From: an uncultured delta proteobacterium
GTDB lineage: Bacteria; Myxococcota; Myxococcia; Myxococcales; Myxococcaceae
Direction of reading: 5' to 3'
DNA: 64,000 nucleotides
Assembly (NCBI GenBank): GCA_963796055.1
Contig: CAWCKH010000004.1
Span: 1,152,001-1,216,000, forward strand
Shown: positions 24,701 to 36,071 of the stretch, piece after piece
Position numbering within the stretch: position 1 is the first letter of the stretch
Layout of the letters: each line of letters begins with the position of its first letter
Position numbers and translations under genes: made by a program
The notes under the pieces: generated by a model
Told to the model about the DNA's origin: nothing
The model's database searches: none
Seen by the model: the letters and a program-made list of their open reading frames with translations, nothing else

Positions 24701-27700
24701 GCCGCCGGTCGCGGACGAAGCGGATCACGTGCTCGACAGTTGGGAAGTCCCGAAGCTTGAGGTTCTCTTCGCGCGGAATGGCGTAGGCCTCACGGACCGC
24801 GGCGAAGGTCTCCGCCTGTTTGACGGTGTCGACCCCCAGATCGGCTTCGAGGTCGAGCCCCGGGTCGATCATCTCGGGCGGGTAGCCGGTCTTCTGCGCG
24901 ACGATGGCGAGCACCTTCTCTCGAACGGGATCGGCCGCAGCGGACGACGCCGGCGGCGGCGCGGCAGCACCGGCTTGGATCGGAGACGTGGCCGCAGGTC
25001 GACTTGCCGTGGCACCGGCATCCGTGTCGCCTCGACCAATGGGCCCAGGGCTCACCGCGAGATCTGGCCGTCGATCGCGGACGAAGCCGATGACGTGCTC
25101 GACCGTGGGGAAGTCCCGAAGCTTGAGGTTTTCCTCGCGGGGAATGGCATAGGCCTCGCGAACGGCGGCGAACGTCTCCGCCTGCTTGACGGTGTCCACA
25201 CCCAGATCGGCCTCCAGGTCGAGTGAGGGGTCGATCATCTCCGGGGGATAGCCGGTCTTTTCCGCGACAATCGCCAGCACCCTGGTCCGCACGGGATCTG
25301 CGGAGGACGGGGGCGTCGCAGCTGAGCTCAGGCTCGAGGCCGCCGGGGACGTTGCCGCCGAGCTCGGGGTCGGAGCCGCTGGGGCTGGCGGCGCTCCCAC
25401 TCCCGCAGGCGAGGCCGCTCGGCCCGGCTCAACCGCGGGCGCCTGCATCGCGACAGGCGGAGCGGTGGGAGAGGCAGCGCGCGGGGCCGGGGCAGGGGTA
25501 GCAGCCTCTCCCTTGGCGCGCCCTCGGCGGGCATGATCGCCGCTGTCCTGCACGCGCAGCGTCCGCTGAACGACCTCGAGCCGAGCATCCTTTCGTCCGC
25601 TGACCCGGGCAACCCAGGAGTCGAACGCGGCAGGGTTCTCGATTCGCCACTCGTAGCCGAGTGCTTCGGGTGCGCGGCGCGAGCCGTCCACCGACGCCGA
25701 GCGCCGCACGAGCGTCATGCTGATTTGCGATCCGAATCCCGCGGCCAGCCGGAGCGCGTACTCGACCGGTTGCGCTCCGCCCTTGGAGAGATTGAGCGCG
25801 CCAAGCTCGGGATCGACCTCCTTGAAATTCGGAATGGGGGGCACGATGCCGGTTTCGAGCGCCTTGAGCGCCACCACGTCCTCGATACCGACGCCCATCG
25901 GGTGACCGGTGAATCCCTTCGTGTTCGCCACCACGATCCGGTCGGCATCCGCCCCGAACACCTTGCGCAAGGCGAACACCTCGGCGGCTGCGCTTCCGCC
26001 TCGGGCCGGGGTGTACGTTTCGTGCGACAGGAAGACCAGCTGGTGCGCGATCTCGGCTCGCCGAAGGCCGGTACGCTCTTCGACCTGCGAGATGAGTCGC
26101 TCCATCAACCCGCCGATGTGCTCGACGTCGAGGCGGGTCCCATGGAATGCGCTGTTCGCGGCGACCGCCCCGAGCACCTCCCCGATCGGGCGAAGCCCAC
26201 GGTCCTGTGCGGCGGAGGCGCTTTCCACCACCATTGCAGCGGCGCCCATCCCGACGATCATTCCGTGGCGCCTTCGATCGAAGGGGGTGGCCGCGTCCTC
26301 GGCGAGCGCATCCGTGGCTGCCGCTCCGCTGGCCAGAAAGCCTGCACCGATCCACTCCATCAAGTTGTCCGAGGTCGCATCGTCCCCGGCGATGACGATC
26401 ACCCGTCGGCAGCGGCCGGCACGGATCCAGTCCTCCGCCAGCGTGACGGCCAGCGTCGTGCTGGCGCAGGCGGAGTTCACTTGGGTATTGGGCCCGCGCG
26501 CGCCGATGTACTCCGCGAACTGCGAATGACCCATCGACAGAACGCGGAACAGGAACCGCCGGTCGAATGCGTATGGCTCGCGTTCCAGCTGGCCGCGAAG
26601 CTCATCGATGCGGCGAGCGAGGTCGGCGATGACGGGATCGTGCCCGTTGTCCGGAGCCCGCCGCGCATGGAGGGCCTCCAGCGCCTGCAGCTGCTCGCGG
26701 CGAGCCCGATCGCGGTGGTAGCGTGTCATCTCTCCGGCCAGCGCATTCAGCCCCGGAAATGCCGAGGCGAAAATGACGCCGGTCTCGTCGCGAAGCTCGT
26801 CGGGAAGCATCCAGCGATCGGGCAGCTGCGTCCCGCGGGTGGTGGTGCGATAGCGCAGGACGAGCGGAATTCCGGCGTCGCGCAGCGCCTCGAGACCCGC
26901 GGCGATCGCCAGAGAGGTCGTGACGTCGAACGCCTCGACGCGTTCCTTGGGCACGCCGAACTCGGCGGTCAAATCGAACTCGCCGCGCCGGCCCGCCAAC
27001 TTGATCACCTCAGCTGGGCTCTCCAGCGCTGCGAAGTTTGCGCTTCCGTCCTCGCCCTTCACCAGCCGGGTGATGTGCTTGGCGAGCATCGCTTTCCGCA
27101 GGCGAGCCGGAATCGAGTCGATCAACTGCTCGCCCTCGAGGATCCGAGCCACGTTGTCGTCGGCGAAGACACGCTCGCCTCCAGGCAGACCGAGACCTGC
27201 TCCGGTGATGACCACCGGCTCGGCCACCGCCGGCTTGGCCGCTGGCGGACGAACTTGCGGCTCGGGCAGAGGTCTGGCCGGCGCTTCCGGTGCCGCTTCC
27301 GCCCGTCCCGATCCGATCCCTGCGGCGTAGAGCCCGCAGAGCGCCCGATTGAAGGCGACCGCGTCGTCGATCTTCGGATGATTCGTGAACAGGACGCTCA
27401 CGCCCTCGCGGTCGCCGAGGACCTCCTCGGCAAACCCTTGCAGTGCCTTCTTCGGCCCCACCTCCACGAAGACGCGTGCGCCGGCCCGATAGAGAGTCTC
27501 CAGGCCCTTGACGAACTGAACCGGCGCCGCGACCTGCTTGCTCAGCATGTCGATCACCGCCGAGCGCACCTCGCCTTCCGCCGGGTAGAAGTCGCCGGTG
27601 ACGTTGGCCACCACGGGAATCCTGGGCGGCTTGACCTCCAGTCGCTCGAGCATCTTGCGCAGCGGCTCGCTGGCCGGGGCGACGATCGCGGTGTGAAAGG

Positions 27701-30104
27701 CATGGCTCACTGGCAGAAGCACCGTGTTGCGCCCCGCCTCGGTGAACATCTGCTGGGCCTGGGTCACCGCCTTGCTCTCTCCGCCGATCACCGCTTGAGT
27801 GCGGCTGTTCACGTTCGCCACCACGGCGTAGCCGTCGATCTTCGCCAGCGTTTGCTCGATCTCCTCCAGCGGCGCGGTGACCGCCACCATCAACCCGTTG
27901 TCCTCCAGCGAGACCCGGGTCATCTCACGGCCGCGCGCGCTCACCGCTTCCAGCGCGTCGCGGAACGAGAGCGCGCCGGCCACGGTCAGCGCGCCGTACT
28001 CGCCGAGGCTGTGGCCGATCACGAAATCCGGCGAGACTCCGAACGATGAGAACAGGCGCGTCAAGGCCACGTCGACGGTCAGCACAGCGGGCTGGGTGAT
28101 CGCCGTCTGGCGAAGCGCCTCTTCCGCAGCGGGGTCCTTCGGATCGGCGAACAGGTAGGAGCTGAGCGATCGGTCCAGCAGGGCCGGCATCTCCCGATCT
28201 GCTTCGGCGAACGTCTCCGCCACGATCGGTTCCAGCTCCCGCAGCTTCCTCAGCATGCCGACGTACTGCGAGCCCTGGCCGGTGTAGAGGAACGCGAGCT
28301 TCCCCGCCGGGCCCCGCCCGCGGAAGATTCCCCGCGCCCGCAGCGCCTTCCACGACCCGGCTTCGTCGTTGACCAGCGCATGGCGCGCCAGCGCGGCGTT
28401 CTCCGCCAGCTCGGCCGCGTTTCCGTAGTCCAACGCCACGCGCTCCTGGGCGCGCAGGTCGCGCTGGTCGGGCGCGAGCAGCGGCGGCAGGCGTCCCTCG
28501 TGCGCCTCGCGCTCGGTCGCCTCCAGCCTCCGGGCGAGCTCTTCACGCGTGGTGGCGCCGATCAGCAGTGCCCCTCTCAGCGGAGGGCGCGGCTCGGAAG
28601 CATCGCGCGCCAGCGCGACGGGCTCCGTTGGTTGTCGCAGTGCAGCCCCGGTCGGAGAGCTTCGCTTGCCCGAGAGCATTCCTGGCACGAACTCCTCCAG
28701 CACGACGTGGAAGTTCGTGCCGCCGAACCCGAATGCGCTCACCCCCGCGCGCCGCGGTGTCCCGTCCTTCGGGGCATCCCACGATTGCAGCTCGCGGTTC
28801 ACCCGGAACGGGGAATGGGCGAAGTCGATGTTTGGGTTCGGCTTCTCACAGTGGAGGCTGGGCGGGAGCACCTTCTCGTGGAGGGCCAGGATGGCCTTGA
28901 GCAGGCCTGCGGCGCCGGCCGCGGCCTTCAGATGCCCGATGTTCGATTTCACCGAGCCGAGCGCGATCGCGCCAGCGGGAAGCTGCGCTCCGCCGAAGGA
29001 CTCGGTGAGGCTCTCGACCTCGACCACATCGCCCACCTTGGTGGAGGTGCCATGTCCTTCGATCAATCCGGCGCTCGAAGGCGGCAGGCCGGCGGACTGC
29101 CACGCACGTTGGACGGCGAGCTTCTGGCCCACCGGGTTTGGTGCGGTGATCCCTTTGCCCTTGCCGTCGCTCGAGCCGCCGATCCCGCGCAGCACGGCAT
29201 AGATCCGGTCGCCGTCTCGCTCGGCGTCGGCCAGTCGCTTGAGCAGAAACACGGCCGCGCCTTCCCCCATCACGAAGCCATCGGCTCCATCGGCGTAGGG
29301 GCGCGTCCCGGTGGCCGAGAGGGCGCCGATCTTGCAGAATTTCACGAATGCATTGACGCCCATGTTCCGGTCGATTCCGCCGGTGAGCGCAGCGTCGATG
29401 TCCCCTTCGACGAGGCCGTGCATCGCAGCCTCCATCGCCGCCATCGAGGACGCGCAGGCGGCGTCCACCGTGTAGTTCGGCCCGCGCAAGTCAAAGACGT
29501 TGGCCACGCGGCCGGCGATGATGTTCGACAGCTCGCCGGGCATGGAGTCCTCGGTGATCACCGGAAGTCGCGCTTCCAGCGCTTCACGCGCATCCCTGGA
29601 GAGCCGCTCGCGGAGGTCCCTGGGGAGCTCCTCGAAGCTCTTGGCGTGCTCCAGCGCCTGAGAGATTTCCGGGATCAGCGTGCGCATCGTGGTGAACAGA
29701 TGGCGCTCGCCCCCCATCGCGTTGCCGAAGATCACCGCGGTTCGCACCGGATCGAGTGGGCGCTTTGGATACCCGTAATCGAGCAGCGCGGCGCGCGAAC
29801 AGGCCACGGCCCACTTCTGGCCGTCATCCATGGCCTCGGCGACCCGAGGGGGAATGGGAAGCTTCCAGCCGATTGGATCCCAGCTCCACGAGCGGACCCA
29901 GCCGCCGATCTTCGAGTAGGTTCGATCGGGCGCCGCGGGATCCGGATCCCAGTGGAGAGCAGGATCCCAACGCTCTGGCGACACTTCGGAGATGCTGTAG
30001 CTGCCTGAGGTGACGTTCCTCCAGAAGGCGGCCACGTCCGGCGCGTCGGGCAAAATGGCGCCCAGGCCCACGATGGCGATGCTCCGGTTCAGCTTGTCTT
30101 CCAT
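21768..30104 (-). CDS. PfaA-like type I PKS/FAS: KS-AT-KS-ACP-ACP-ACP-KR-DH
   Basis: KS1 [38 protein letters not shown]2 NSACAS/HETYT/GHPMG; three [33 protein letters not shown]. Confidence 0.92.
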   Translation of the reverse strand: MEDKLNRSIAIVGLGAILPDAPDVAAFWRNVTSGSYSISEVSPERWDPALHWDPDPAAPDRTYSKIGGWVRSWSWDPIGWKLPIPPRVAEAMDDGQKWAVACSRAALLDYGYPKRPLDPVRTAVIFGNAMGGERHLFTTMRTLIPEISQALEHAKSFEELPRDLRERLSRDAREALEARLPVITEDSMPGELSNIIAGRVANVFDLRGPNYTVDAACASSMAAMEAAMHGLVEGDIDAALTGGIDRNMGVNAFVKFCKIGALSATGTRPYADGADGFVMGEGAAVFLLKRLADAERDGDRIYAVLRGIGGSSDGKGKGITAPNPVGQKLAVQRAWQSAGLPPSSAGLIEGHGTSTKVGDVVEVESLTESFGGAQLPAGAIALGSVKSNIGHLKAAAGAAGLLKAILALHEKVLPPSLHCEKPNPNIDFAHSPFRVNRELQSWDAPKDGTPRRAGVSAFGFGGTNFHVVLEEFVPGMLSGKRSSPTGAALRQPTEPVALARDASEPRPPLRGALLIGATTREELARRLEATEREAHEGRLPPLLAPDQRDLRAQERVALDYGNAAELAENAALARHALVNDEAGSWKALRARGIFRGRGPAGKLAFLYTGQGSQYVGMLRKLRELEPIVAETFAEADREMPALLDRSLSSYLFADPKDPAAEEALRQTAITQPAVLTVDVALTRLFSSFGVSPDFVIGHSLGEYGALTVAGALSFRDALEAVSARGREMTRVSLEDNGLMVAVTAPLEEIEQTLAKIDGYAVVANVNSRTQAVIGGESKAVTQAQQMFTEAGRNTVLLPVSHAFHTAIVAPASEPLRKMLERLEVKPPRIPVVANVTGDFYPAEGEVRSAVIDMLSKQVAAPVQFVKGLETLYRAGARVFVEVGPKKALQGFAEEVLGDREGVSVLFTNHPKIDDAVAFNRALCGLYAAGIGSGRAEAAPEAPARPLPEPQVRPPAAKPAVAEPVVITGAGLGLPGGERVFADDNVARILEGEQLIDSIPARLRKAMLAKHITRLVKGEDGSANFAALESPAEVIKLAGRRGEFDLTAEFGVPKERVEAFDVTTSLAIAAGLEALRDAGIPLVLRYRTTTRGTQLPDRWMLPDELRDETGVIFASAFPGLNALAGEMTRYHRDRARREQLQALEALHARRAPDNGHDPVIADLARRIDELRGQLEREPYAFDRRFLFRVLSMGHSQFAEYIGARGPNTQVNSACASTTLAVTLAEDWIRAGRCRRVIVIAGDDATSDNLMEWIGAGFLASGAAATDALAEDAATPFDRRRHGMIVGMGAAAMVVESASAAQDRGLRPIGEVLGAVAANSAFHGTRLDVEHIGGLMERLISQVEERTGLRRAEIAHQLVFLSHETYTPARGGSAAAEVFALRKVFGADADRIVVANTKGFTGHPMGVGIEDVVALKALETGIVPPIPNFKEVDPELGALNLSKGGAQPVEYALRLAAGFGSQISMTLVRRSASVDGSRRAPEALGYEWRIENPAAFDSWVARVSGRKDARLEVVQRTLRVQDSGDHARRGRAKGEAATPAPAPRAASPTAPPVAMQAPAVEPGRAASPAGVGAPPAPAAPTPSSAATSPAASSLSSAATPPSSADPVRTRVLAIVAEKTGYPPEMIDPSLDLEADLGVDTVKQAETFAAVREAYAIPREENLKLRDFPTVEHVIGFVRDRRPDLAVSPGPIGRGDTDAGATASRPAATSPIQAGAAAPPPASSAAADPVREKVLAIVAQKTGYPPEMIDPGLDLEADLGVDTVKQAETFAAVREAYAIPREENLKLRDFPTVEHVIRFVRDRRPDLAGPGAQPATPTGGPSPVAGNEVDDAVRAKVLSIVAEKTGYPPDMIDPGLDLEADLGVDTVKQAETFAAVRQAYGIPRDENLKLRDFPTVEHVIRFVLERRPDLGGPPSAAAPLPAPWAAAPVPASSMDAPLSAMSSASAGPSPATSTDAADAFPRRVPVPVLRPPLAVCKDTAVLLQRGARVLVMPDAGGVAEALVARLGLIGVEAVLLDRQTSPDQLAARISAEAEKGLRGIYWLPALDDEGDLRAMTLEAWRAALFLRVKLLATAARALYPLLGAPGAFAIVATRLGGLHGYGQTGASAPMGGAVVGFSKALSRERPEALVKAVDFDGSRAPQEVARLLVEETLRDPGAVEIGWSGEQRFSVVLRDVLAADGKPGLSLGRDTVFVVTGAAGSIVSAIVGDLAASSGGTFHLLDLIPEPDGQSSDVKRLATDREGLKRELFERMKARGDRATPALVEKELAALERAASGAAAIKAVREAGGRAFWHSADLRDASAVARAIDAVREGSGRVDVLLHAGGLELSRVLPDKSQAEFDLVFDVKCDGWFNLIHAIGQMPLGATVAFSSVAGRFGNAGQTDYSAANDLLCKQASALRTTRPATRGIAIDWTAWAGIGMATRGSIPAMMERAGIEMLPPQVGIPTIRRELTRGGARGEVVVAGRLGTLLDERDPTGGLAPERVDTSRCGPMIGRVVGMTLQRGLEVETTLDPERQPFLRDHQIDGIPVLPGVMGVEGFGELAALLAPGYYLAAVEAIEFLAPFKFFRAQPRTLSLCAQIREEGGELVADCSLSGERTLAGQAPQITTHFTARVRLARTPPSLAPATRAEPQGAWVPADDIYRVYFHGPAYRVLERASNGTGTDTVGVLPAQLPLDHEPAEAPLLLSPRLIELCFQTAGLREMRATGHLGLPQHVDYLEAAGELRRAVGRLSAVVVDGPGGAFDAQVVDEAGNAYVRLSGYRTTPLPDALDPKLLSRLAG
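24385..25300 (-). repeat. Three tandem near-identical ACP-coding units separated by Ala/Pro linkers
   Basis: [61 protein letters not shown] occurs three times. Confidence 0.9.
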
Positions 30105-30122
30105 GATCGCCTCCTCGGCGCC

Positions 30123-31790
30123 TCAGGCGGCCTGCTGCTTCTCGGCGGCTCGCCCGTAGATGGCGTCCGCGGCCGCGTCCATGTCGGCCACCAGCCCGAT
30201 CTGGGCTCGATGAATCTCGGGCAGGCCCAGCGAAGCCTCCAGCGCTGGAACCTCGGCGTCGCGAACGCCGCCCGCGCCGCAGATCCACGCCAATCCTTCC
30301 TCGCTGATCCTTGCCGCCGCCTCTCGGGCGAAGATGCGGCTGAGCGCCGCCAGCGGCTCAGGCGCGAAACGTCCGTCGGCCTTTTCGGGGAGCGTTCCGG
30401 CGAATGCCGCTGCCGCCCGGCGCGCGAACGCAGCGGCGGTTTCCCCGAAGGCGATCAGCTCGCCCAAGCGAAACAGCACGTGCTGGTGGCGAGTCAGCCT
30501 GGCGACGCGCGAGCGCTCCATCACCTCGGCGAGCGACTCGAGGGCGAGCGCTGCGATCGGCCCGCCCGAGCTTGCCGGAAGCTGTGTCACCTTCCGCGCC
30601 TGCTCCCGGTGGTACTGACCGCGCGTCTTCAAGTGCTGCTGCCAGCGATCGCGGGCGATGGTCATCTCCAGTATTTCGGAGGTTCCCTCGTAGATGGTGG
30701 TGATCCGGACATCGCGTTTGATTTTCTCGACCATGTACTCGCGGGTGTACCCGTAGCCGCCGAGCGCCTGGATGGACGCGTCGGCGGCGCGGTTGCCCGC
30801 CTCGGTCGCCAACAGCTTGGCGATCGCGCCTTCGGTGTTCAGCTCCTTCTCGCCCTCGTCCAGGCGGGTGGAGGTCTCCTCGACGTGCGCCCGCGCCGCC
30901 TCCAGTCGCGCGGCGTGGGGGACGATCAGCTTGTGGGTGTACCCCTGCTTTCCCGAGAGCGGCGAGCCGCCTTGCAGGCGCGTCTTGGAGTACTCGATCG
31001 CCCGGTCCAGGGCAGCCCAGCCGGCCCCCAGTCCGAATGCAGCGACCATCAATCGGGTGTAGCCGAAGACCGCCTGCGCCTGGACCAGGCCGCGCCCCTC
31101 CACCAGCCCGACCACCCGGTCGACGGGGACCTCCACTTCGTCGAGCGCGAGCGCCGCGGTGTTGCTGGCGCGAATGCCGTGCTTGTCCTCTGGTTTGCCG
31201 GCGCTCAGACCCGGCGTTCCCTTGTCGACCACGAACCAGGTCGGCCCCCCGGGAGCGTTGGCGAGGATGGTGTAGAGGTCTGCAAAGCCGCCGTTGCTGA
31301 TCCACTGCTTGGCGCCGTTGAGGCGATAGCCCACCAGCTGACCGTCCTTCTCCACGCGGGTCGCGGTCGTTCGCAGAGCGCCCAGGTCGCTGCCCGCGGC
31401 CGGCTCGGTTGCGCCGTACGCCATGATGATTCCCTCGTCGGCGATCCTGGTCAGCCAGCGCTGCTTCTGTTCCTCCGTCCCGCCCACGGAGATCGGCTCA
31501 CTGCCGAGGAAGGTGGCGAACAGGCCGGTGGCGATGCCCACGTCGATTCGCGCCATCTGCTCGCACAGGCGGTACAGGTCGAAGGATCCGCCGCCCATGC
31601 CATGCAGCTCCTCGGGCATGAACGCCATCTGGATGCCAAGCTCGGGACCGCACATGCCGCGGATGATCTCGACCGGGTACTCGTCCTTCGCATCGAGCTC
31701 GAGAAGCTTGGGGTCGGTGAGCCGCCTGGCTCCAAAATCCCTCAGGGCATCGATGATTTCTTGAAGCGTCTGCCTGTCCAGTCCTCCCAT
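30123..31790 (-). CDS. Acyl-CoA dehydrogenase with C-terminal extension
   Basis: [36 protein letters not shown]; first gene of the PKS operon. Confidence 0.92.
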   Translation of the reverse strand: MGGLDRQTLQEIIDALRDFGARRLTDPKLLELDAKDEYPVEIIRGMCGPELGIQMAFMPEELHGMGGGSFDLYRLCEQMARIDVGIATGLFATFLGSEPISVGGTEEQKQRWLTRIADEGIIMAYGATEPAAGSDLGALRTTATRVEKDGQLVGYRLNGAKQWISNGGFADLYTILANAPGGPTWFVVDKGTPGLSAGKPEDKHGIRASNTAALALDEVEVPVDRVVGLVEGRGLVQAQAVFGYTRLMVAAFGLGAGWAALDRAIEYSKTRLQGGSPLSGKQGYTHKLIVPHAARLEAARAHVEETSTRLDEGEKELNTEGAIAKLLATEAGNRAADASIQALGGYGYTREYMVEKIKRDVRITTIYEGTSEILEMTIARDRWQQHLKTRGQYHREQARKVTQLPASSGGPIAALALESLAEVMERSRVARLTRHQHVLFRLGELIAFGETAAAFARRAAAAFAGTLPEKADGRFAPEPLAALSRIFAREAAARISEEGLAWICGAGGVRDAEVPALEASLGLPEIHRAQIGLVADMDAAADAIYGRAAEKQQAA

Positions 31791-31994
31791 CCGGCTTCTC
31801 CCCTGACGGGAGAAGCAACTGGCGAGCCAACGAGTGCCTCGGCAGCGGTCGCCCTGCCACCTCACGACGGGACGCCGCGTCGCCTCGAATGGCGTGACCG
31901 CACTAGGTGCGTCGGCCGCGCACAATTTGCGCGCCAGCTCCGGCAAGCCTGATACGACTCCCTCCCCGAAAGCATCGGTTGTTGTTCCTCGGAC

Positions 31995-32876
31995 CTAGGC
32001 CGGATGCGTCGAGCCGAGGCGACCGAGGAATTCTTTCCAGCGATCGACCGGCGAGTATCCCAGCTCCTTGCGGATGCGCTCGCCGGAGCAGGTGAGGCGA
32101 GACGCCGCGGGGGGCACTTCGACCACCGGCTTGCCCAGCACCCGGGCGACGGCGGCCAGGTACTCGGACGTCGGCGCCGACCCGTCGATGACGTTGTAGG
32201 CGCGTCCCACGGCGCGTGCGTGCGTCAGCGCGAGGACGATGGCCTCGGCCAGGTTGTCCACGTCGACGTAGGGCATCTCCAGGAGGGGCCAGATGGGCTC
32301 GACGGAGGTGCGCGCCCGCTCGAGCGCCAGGGGACCCCAGTGGGAATGGCGGTGCATGGAGAGGACCACCACCGGCCGGAGGATGACCGTCGCCAGGCCG
32401 CGCGCCTCCTCCGCGCGCACCAGGCGCTCCCCCTCAGCCTTGGTGAAGCTGTAGGCGTCGCCCGGCTCGGTCCAGAGCGGGCTCTCCTCGTCGAAGGCCG
32501 TGCCCCTCCTCCAGTCGTAGACGGAGACCGTGGAGATGTGCACCAGACGCCGGCAGCCCCTGGCCCGCATCGCCGCGAGGACATTGGCTACGCCCCCGAC
32601 GTTGATTCGCCGGGAGGCTTCCAGGTCCGGCGACCCGATGGCCGCGCAGTGGACGACGGCCTCCATCCCCTCGAGCGCCTGCGTGAGGCCCTCGCGGTCG
32701 ACGATGTCCACCGTCCGCCGCTCCACCCCCGGCGGCGCGTCGCTCCAGGAATTCCGGGCGATGCCGCGCACGGCGCAGCCCGCGGCGGCGAGCCGGGCGG
32801 CGACGGCGCTTCCCACCGCGCCGGAGGCCCCGGTGACGAGAATCCGCCTCGGAAGTGGCGACGACCCTGCGTCCAC
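31995..32876 (-). CDS. NAD-dependent epimerase/dehydratase
   Basis: VTGASGAVG, HCAA, YSFTK. Confidence 0.85.
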   Translation of the reverse strand: MDAGSSPLPRRILVTGASGAVGSAVAARLAAAGCAVRGIARNSWSDAPPGVERRTVDIVDREGLTQALEGMEAVVHCAAIGSPDLEASRRINVGGVANVLAAMRARGCRRLVHISTVSVYDWRRGTAFDEESPLWTEPGDAYSFTKAEGERLVRAEEARGLATVILRPVVVLSMHRHSHWGPLALERARTSVEPIWPLLEMPYVDVDNLAEAIVLALTHARAVGRAYNVIDGSAPTSEYLAAVARVLGKPVVEVPPAASRLTCSGERIRKELGYSPVDRWKEFLGRLGSTHPA

Positions 32877-33160
32877 GGCGCCGGGATCTCTACCACGTTC
32901 GGCAACGACCGAGGCCTCACCGGAGCGAGTCGGTGAAGCGCGCCGCTCCGACGTTCAACTCGACTCCGGCGGGGTGCACGTGCGCGGGCCGAAGCGTTCC
33001 GCGCGGGAGTGGCCTTCGGCGGTCAGGTCATGTAAACGGCGCTGGCCCGCTCCTGATTTCACGCTCTGCCTCGGCCGGCTTTACTGGGTGACGCGGGCTC
33101 CCCTGTTCTCGGGTCATCCTCGTCATCCTGGCCTTGGGGTCCGCCAAATCGGAGCAGCCC

Positions 33161-33973
33161 ATGGAACAGCGAAGGAACGTCCTCGTCACCGGCGCCTCGT
33201 CAGGGATCGGGGCCGCCATCGTCTCGCGGCTTGCCAGGGACGGCCACCGCGTCGTCGGGACCTGTCGGAAGGGCGATCTCAAGAACCCCGACGGAACGGA
33301 GATGCTCCCTCTGGACGTCACCTCCGATGACTCGGTCCGGGCCTGCGTCCAGGGATTCCTCGAACGGGAGGGGCGGATCGATGTCCTGATCAACAATGCC
33401 GGGTACCTCCAGGACGGTGCCATCGAGGAGGTCACGCTCGAGCAGGCCCGCGCGGAGTTCGAGACCAACTACTTCGGGGTGCTCCGGATGGTGCTCGCCG
33501 TCTTGCCCGCGATGCGCGCGCAGAAGAGCGGCCTCATCGCTGCCACCAGCTCCCTGGCTGGCCTCGTGCCGCTCCCGTTCTGGGGCCACTACAACGCGAG
33601 CAAGTTCGCCATCGAGGGCCTGATGGAGACACTGCGTCACGAGCTCAAGCCGTTCGGCATCCGAGTGGCTCTGGTGGAGCCCGGCGCGATCAAGACGCCC
33701 TTCTACCAGCGACCGCACGCCCCGGCGATGACCGAGTACGCTCGCTGGCGGGAACCCTTCTTCGATGCCATGCGGAATTTCGAGCGCAAGGCGCCCGGGC
33801 CGGAGGTCGCCGCCGACGTCTTCGCGCGCCTCCTGAGTCGCGAGCATCCGCCCCTTCACAACACCGTCACCCTCGAGGCAAAGCTGTTCCCGTTCCTCCG
33901 CTGGGTCCTCCCGCCGGGCATGTTCGAAGCCACCGTCCGGACCGGGTTCAAGCTCGACAAGTCGAGCGGGTGA
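33161..33973 (+). CDS. Short-chain dehydrogenase/reductase
   Basis: TGASSGIG, NNAG, YNASK. Confidence 0.9.
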   Translation: MEQRRNVLVTGASSGIGAAIVSRLARDGHRVVGTCRKGDLKNPDGTEMLPLDVTSDDSVRACVQGFLEREGRIDVLINNAGYLQDGAIEEVTLEQARAEFETNYFGVLRMVLAVLPAMRAQKSGLIAATSSLAGLVPLPFWGHYNASKFAIEGLMETLRHELKPFGIRVALVEPGAIKTPFYQRPHAPAMTEYARWREPFFDAMRNFERKAPGPEVAADVFARLLSREHPPLHNTVTLEAKLFPFLRWVLPPGMFEATVRTGFKLDKSSG

Positions 33974-33993
33974 GCCGCCGCGGGGCGATCGGC

Positions 33994-35268
33994 TCATCGC
34001 CCTGTCGGAGGCACGAGCCTTCTCCGGTTCGCCGCCAGGCCGTAGAGCACCGAAGCGAGTGCCACGGTCGCCACCCAGAGGACGAGCGCGCCGACGAAGA
34101 ACAGGATGACCACACAGCCGACGAGGCTGACCCCGGCGAGCACCGCCGGAATTCCCTTGAGCAGTCGCACCGCGGCAGCCATCGACATCACGTACGTCGC
34201 GATGAAGGACGATGTCGAAAGAGGCAAGAGTGAGCTGATCCCGAGCTGGTACCGGTAAGCCAGGCCGATCGCGACGACACAGAGGGCGCCCACCACCAGG
34301 AGCGCCCGGTGCGGAACCCTCGTCTTCGGGTGGAGGGCGCCCGCCCAGAACGGCAGATCCCCTGCCTGTGCCAGGGCATAGACGAGCCGGCTCATTCCGG
34401 CGACGTACGCATTGAGCGGCAGGAAGGTGAGGACTCCACCGGCCAGGCCGATGATCGGGAGGGCTCTGGCGCCGAATGCCCTCGCTCCCATGAGCGCGAA
34501 GGGCGGCAACCCGGCCGAGATCACCGTGCCGTAGGCCCGCGTCCCGATGGTCACCACCGCGAGGGCGAGATAGAGGGCTGCCACCAGACCGACGCTGACG
34601 ACGCTGGCTCGCAGCAGGTCACGTTCCGGGTTCCGGAATTCCTCCGCCAGGGGGGTGATCGCCTCCCATCCCACGAAGGCCCAGAACAGCTGCGTGGCCG
34701 AAACTCCCACCGCCGACCATCCCATGGGCGCAAACGGGGTGAATGCGTCCCAGCGCACGCCGCGAGCCGCAGAGGCGAGTATCAGAATGACGAACCCCAG
34801 CACGCCTGCCGTGACGAGCCCCTGAACCGCTCCGGCGATGCGCAGCCCCAGCAGATTGAGCGCGAAGGCAGCGACGACCATGCTCCCGCCGATGAGGAAC
34901 ACTCCCTCGCGCCCCAGGCCGAACGGAGCGGCGAGGTACGAGCCGGCGATCAACCCGGCGACGACGGTTCCAGTCGGCACCTGAGCGAGGAAGAGCCACC
35001 CCGCCATCGCTCCCCACCGACGCCCAAAGGCGCGCTCGATGTACGCCGAAAATCCGCCGGCCACCGGCTCGCGCCTGGCAAGCGCGGCGAAGGTCAGCGC
35101 CAGCGGCAACGACAGCAGGCACAAGACCGCCCAGGCGACGATCGATGCCGGACCCGCCGTTTCCGCCGCGACCGCCGGGAGGACCAGGATTCCGGTCCCC
35201 AGCACCGCGCCGGTGTAGAGGGCCACCGCCGTCCGCAGACCAATGGTTCGTTCCAGCTCGACCTTCAT
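33994..35268 (-). CDS. APC-family amino-acid permease (YjeH-like)
   Basis: GAVLGTGI, FWAFVGWE..EEFRNPERD; about 12 TM segments. Confidence 0.88.
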   Translation of the reverse strand: MKVELERTIGLRTAVALYTGAVLGTGILVLPAVAAETAGPASIVAWAVLCLLSLPLALTFAALARREPVAGGFSAYIERAFGRRWGAMAGWLFLAQVPTGTVVAGLIAGSYLAAPFGLGREGVFLIGGSMVVAAFALNLLGLRIAGAVQGLVTAGVLGFVILILASAARGVRWDAFTPFAPMGWSAVGVSATQLFWAFVGWEAITPLAEEFRNPERDLLRASVVSVGLVAALYLALAVVTIGTRAYGTVISAGLPPFALMGARAFGARALPIIGLAGGVLTFLPLNAYVAGMSRLVYALAQAGDLPFWAGALHPKTRVPHRALLVVGALCVVAIGLAYRYQLGISSLLPLSTSSFIATYVMSMAAAVRLLKGIPAVLAGVSLVGCVVILFFVGALVLWVATVALASVLYGLAANRRRLVPPTGR

Positions 35269-35394
35269 TGGACGCGTTGGTGTTACCGGCTCGGGTCCTC
35301 GAGTCCAGCCCGACTCGGGAATGGCACCGCGGTCGGACCCAGGCCCTGGCCGGGCCGGCATGCCGTTCCCGCCGCGCCAACCCCGCGAGAGCAG

Positions 35395-35441
35395 TGCCCA
35401 GGGGCGGAATCGAACCACCGACACGGGGATTTTCAGTCCCC
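35395..35441 (-). mobile_element. att site: exact copy of the tRNA-Phe 3' half (distal end of older island)
   Basis: TGCCCAGGGGCGGAATCGAACCACCGACACGGGGATTTTCAGTCCCC, identical to 51776-51822. Confidence 0.93.
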
Positions 35442-36071
35442 GTCGTGGAATGGCCAAGTCCACGGACCGACAGAAGAAAGCGAGGCCGGTGAGCGGGCGT
35501 GCATCGCCGGTGCATCAGTCCTGAGTCAGAGTGGCCCAGCGCGCGGGTCGAAGCCCAGCAGATCCGCTCGTTCCAGATGGAGGCTCGAAGCCCGGGGTGA
35601 GCTGTGCCGTGACCTGCCCCACGAAAACTGGACCAGGTCGCCGTCGATGAAGCGAACCTGTTCGAAGGCCTGTTTGAAGGAGAGATCCGGTCTGCCGCTC
35701 GGACCGACACGGCCTCACGGCTTTCCGACTCGCGGCGGTGGACTCCACATGATGGCGTCCGATCGCCCGGCGCCAGCAGTCCCGTGGATTTTCGCCGGCG
35801 AAGCCCACTTCGGGCAGTTGGCACACCGGGTGCTCTGGAGGCTGCAAGATCCAACGTCGACCTTCGCTCCACCCGAGCGCGCTCACGGGTCGCGCCTTCC
35901 AGAAAGCCGATCGCTCCAGCAGGGCGGAAATGCTGAAGCCCTACCGGCCCTTACGCCCCGCAGGGCTGGGTGTTTCTGGGGGCCGAAACACCGGATGACC
36001 TCGCACGTCATTGATGCGAGCAAGAACAGACCGGGTCTTCGCGGAGGAGGCCCAGCAGGGGACGGGGTCCC

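Noticed and set aside
21768..30104. Canonical PUFA synthase (pfa) call
   Set aside because: No PfaB/C/D partners, no ER, and a different domain order with a second KS
35520..36070. Gene at the left end of the older island
   Set aside because: Only short unrecognisable frames; nothing supportable
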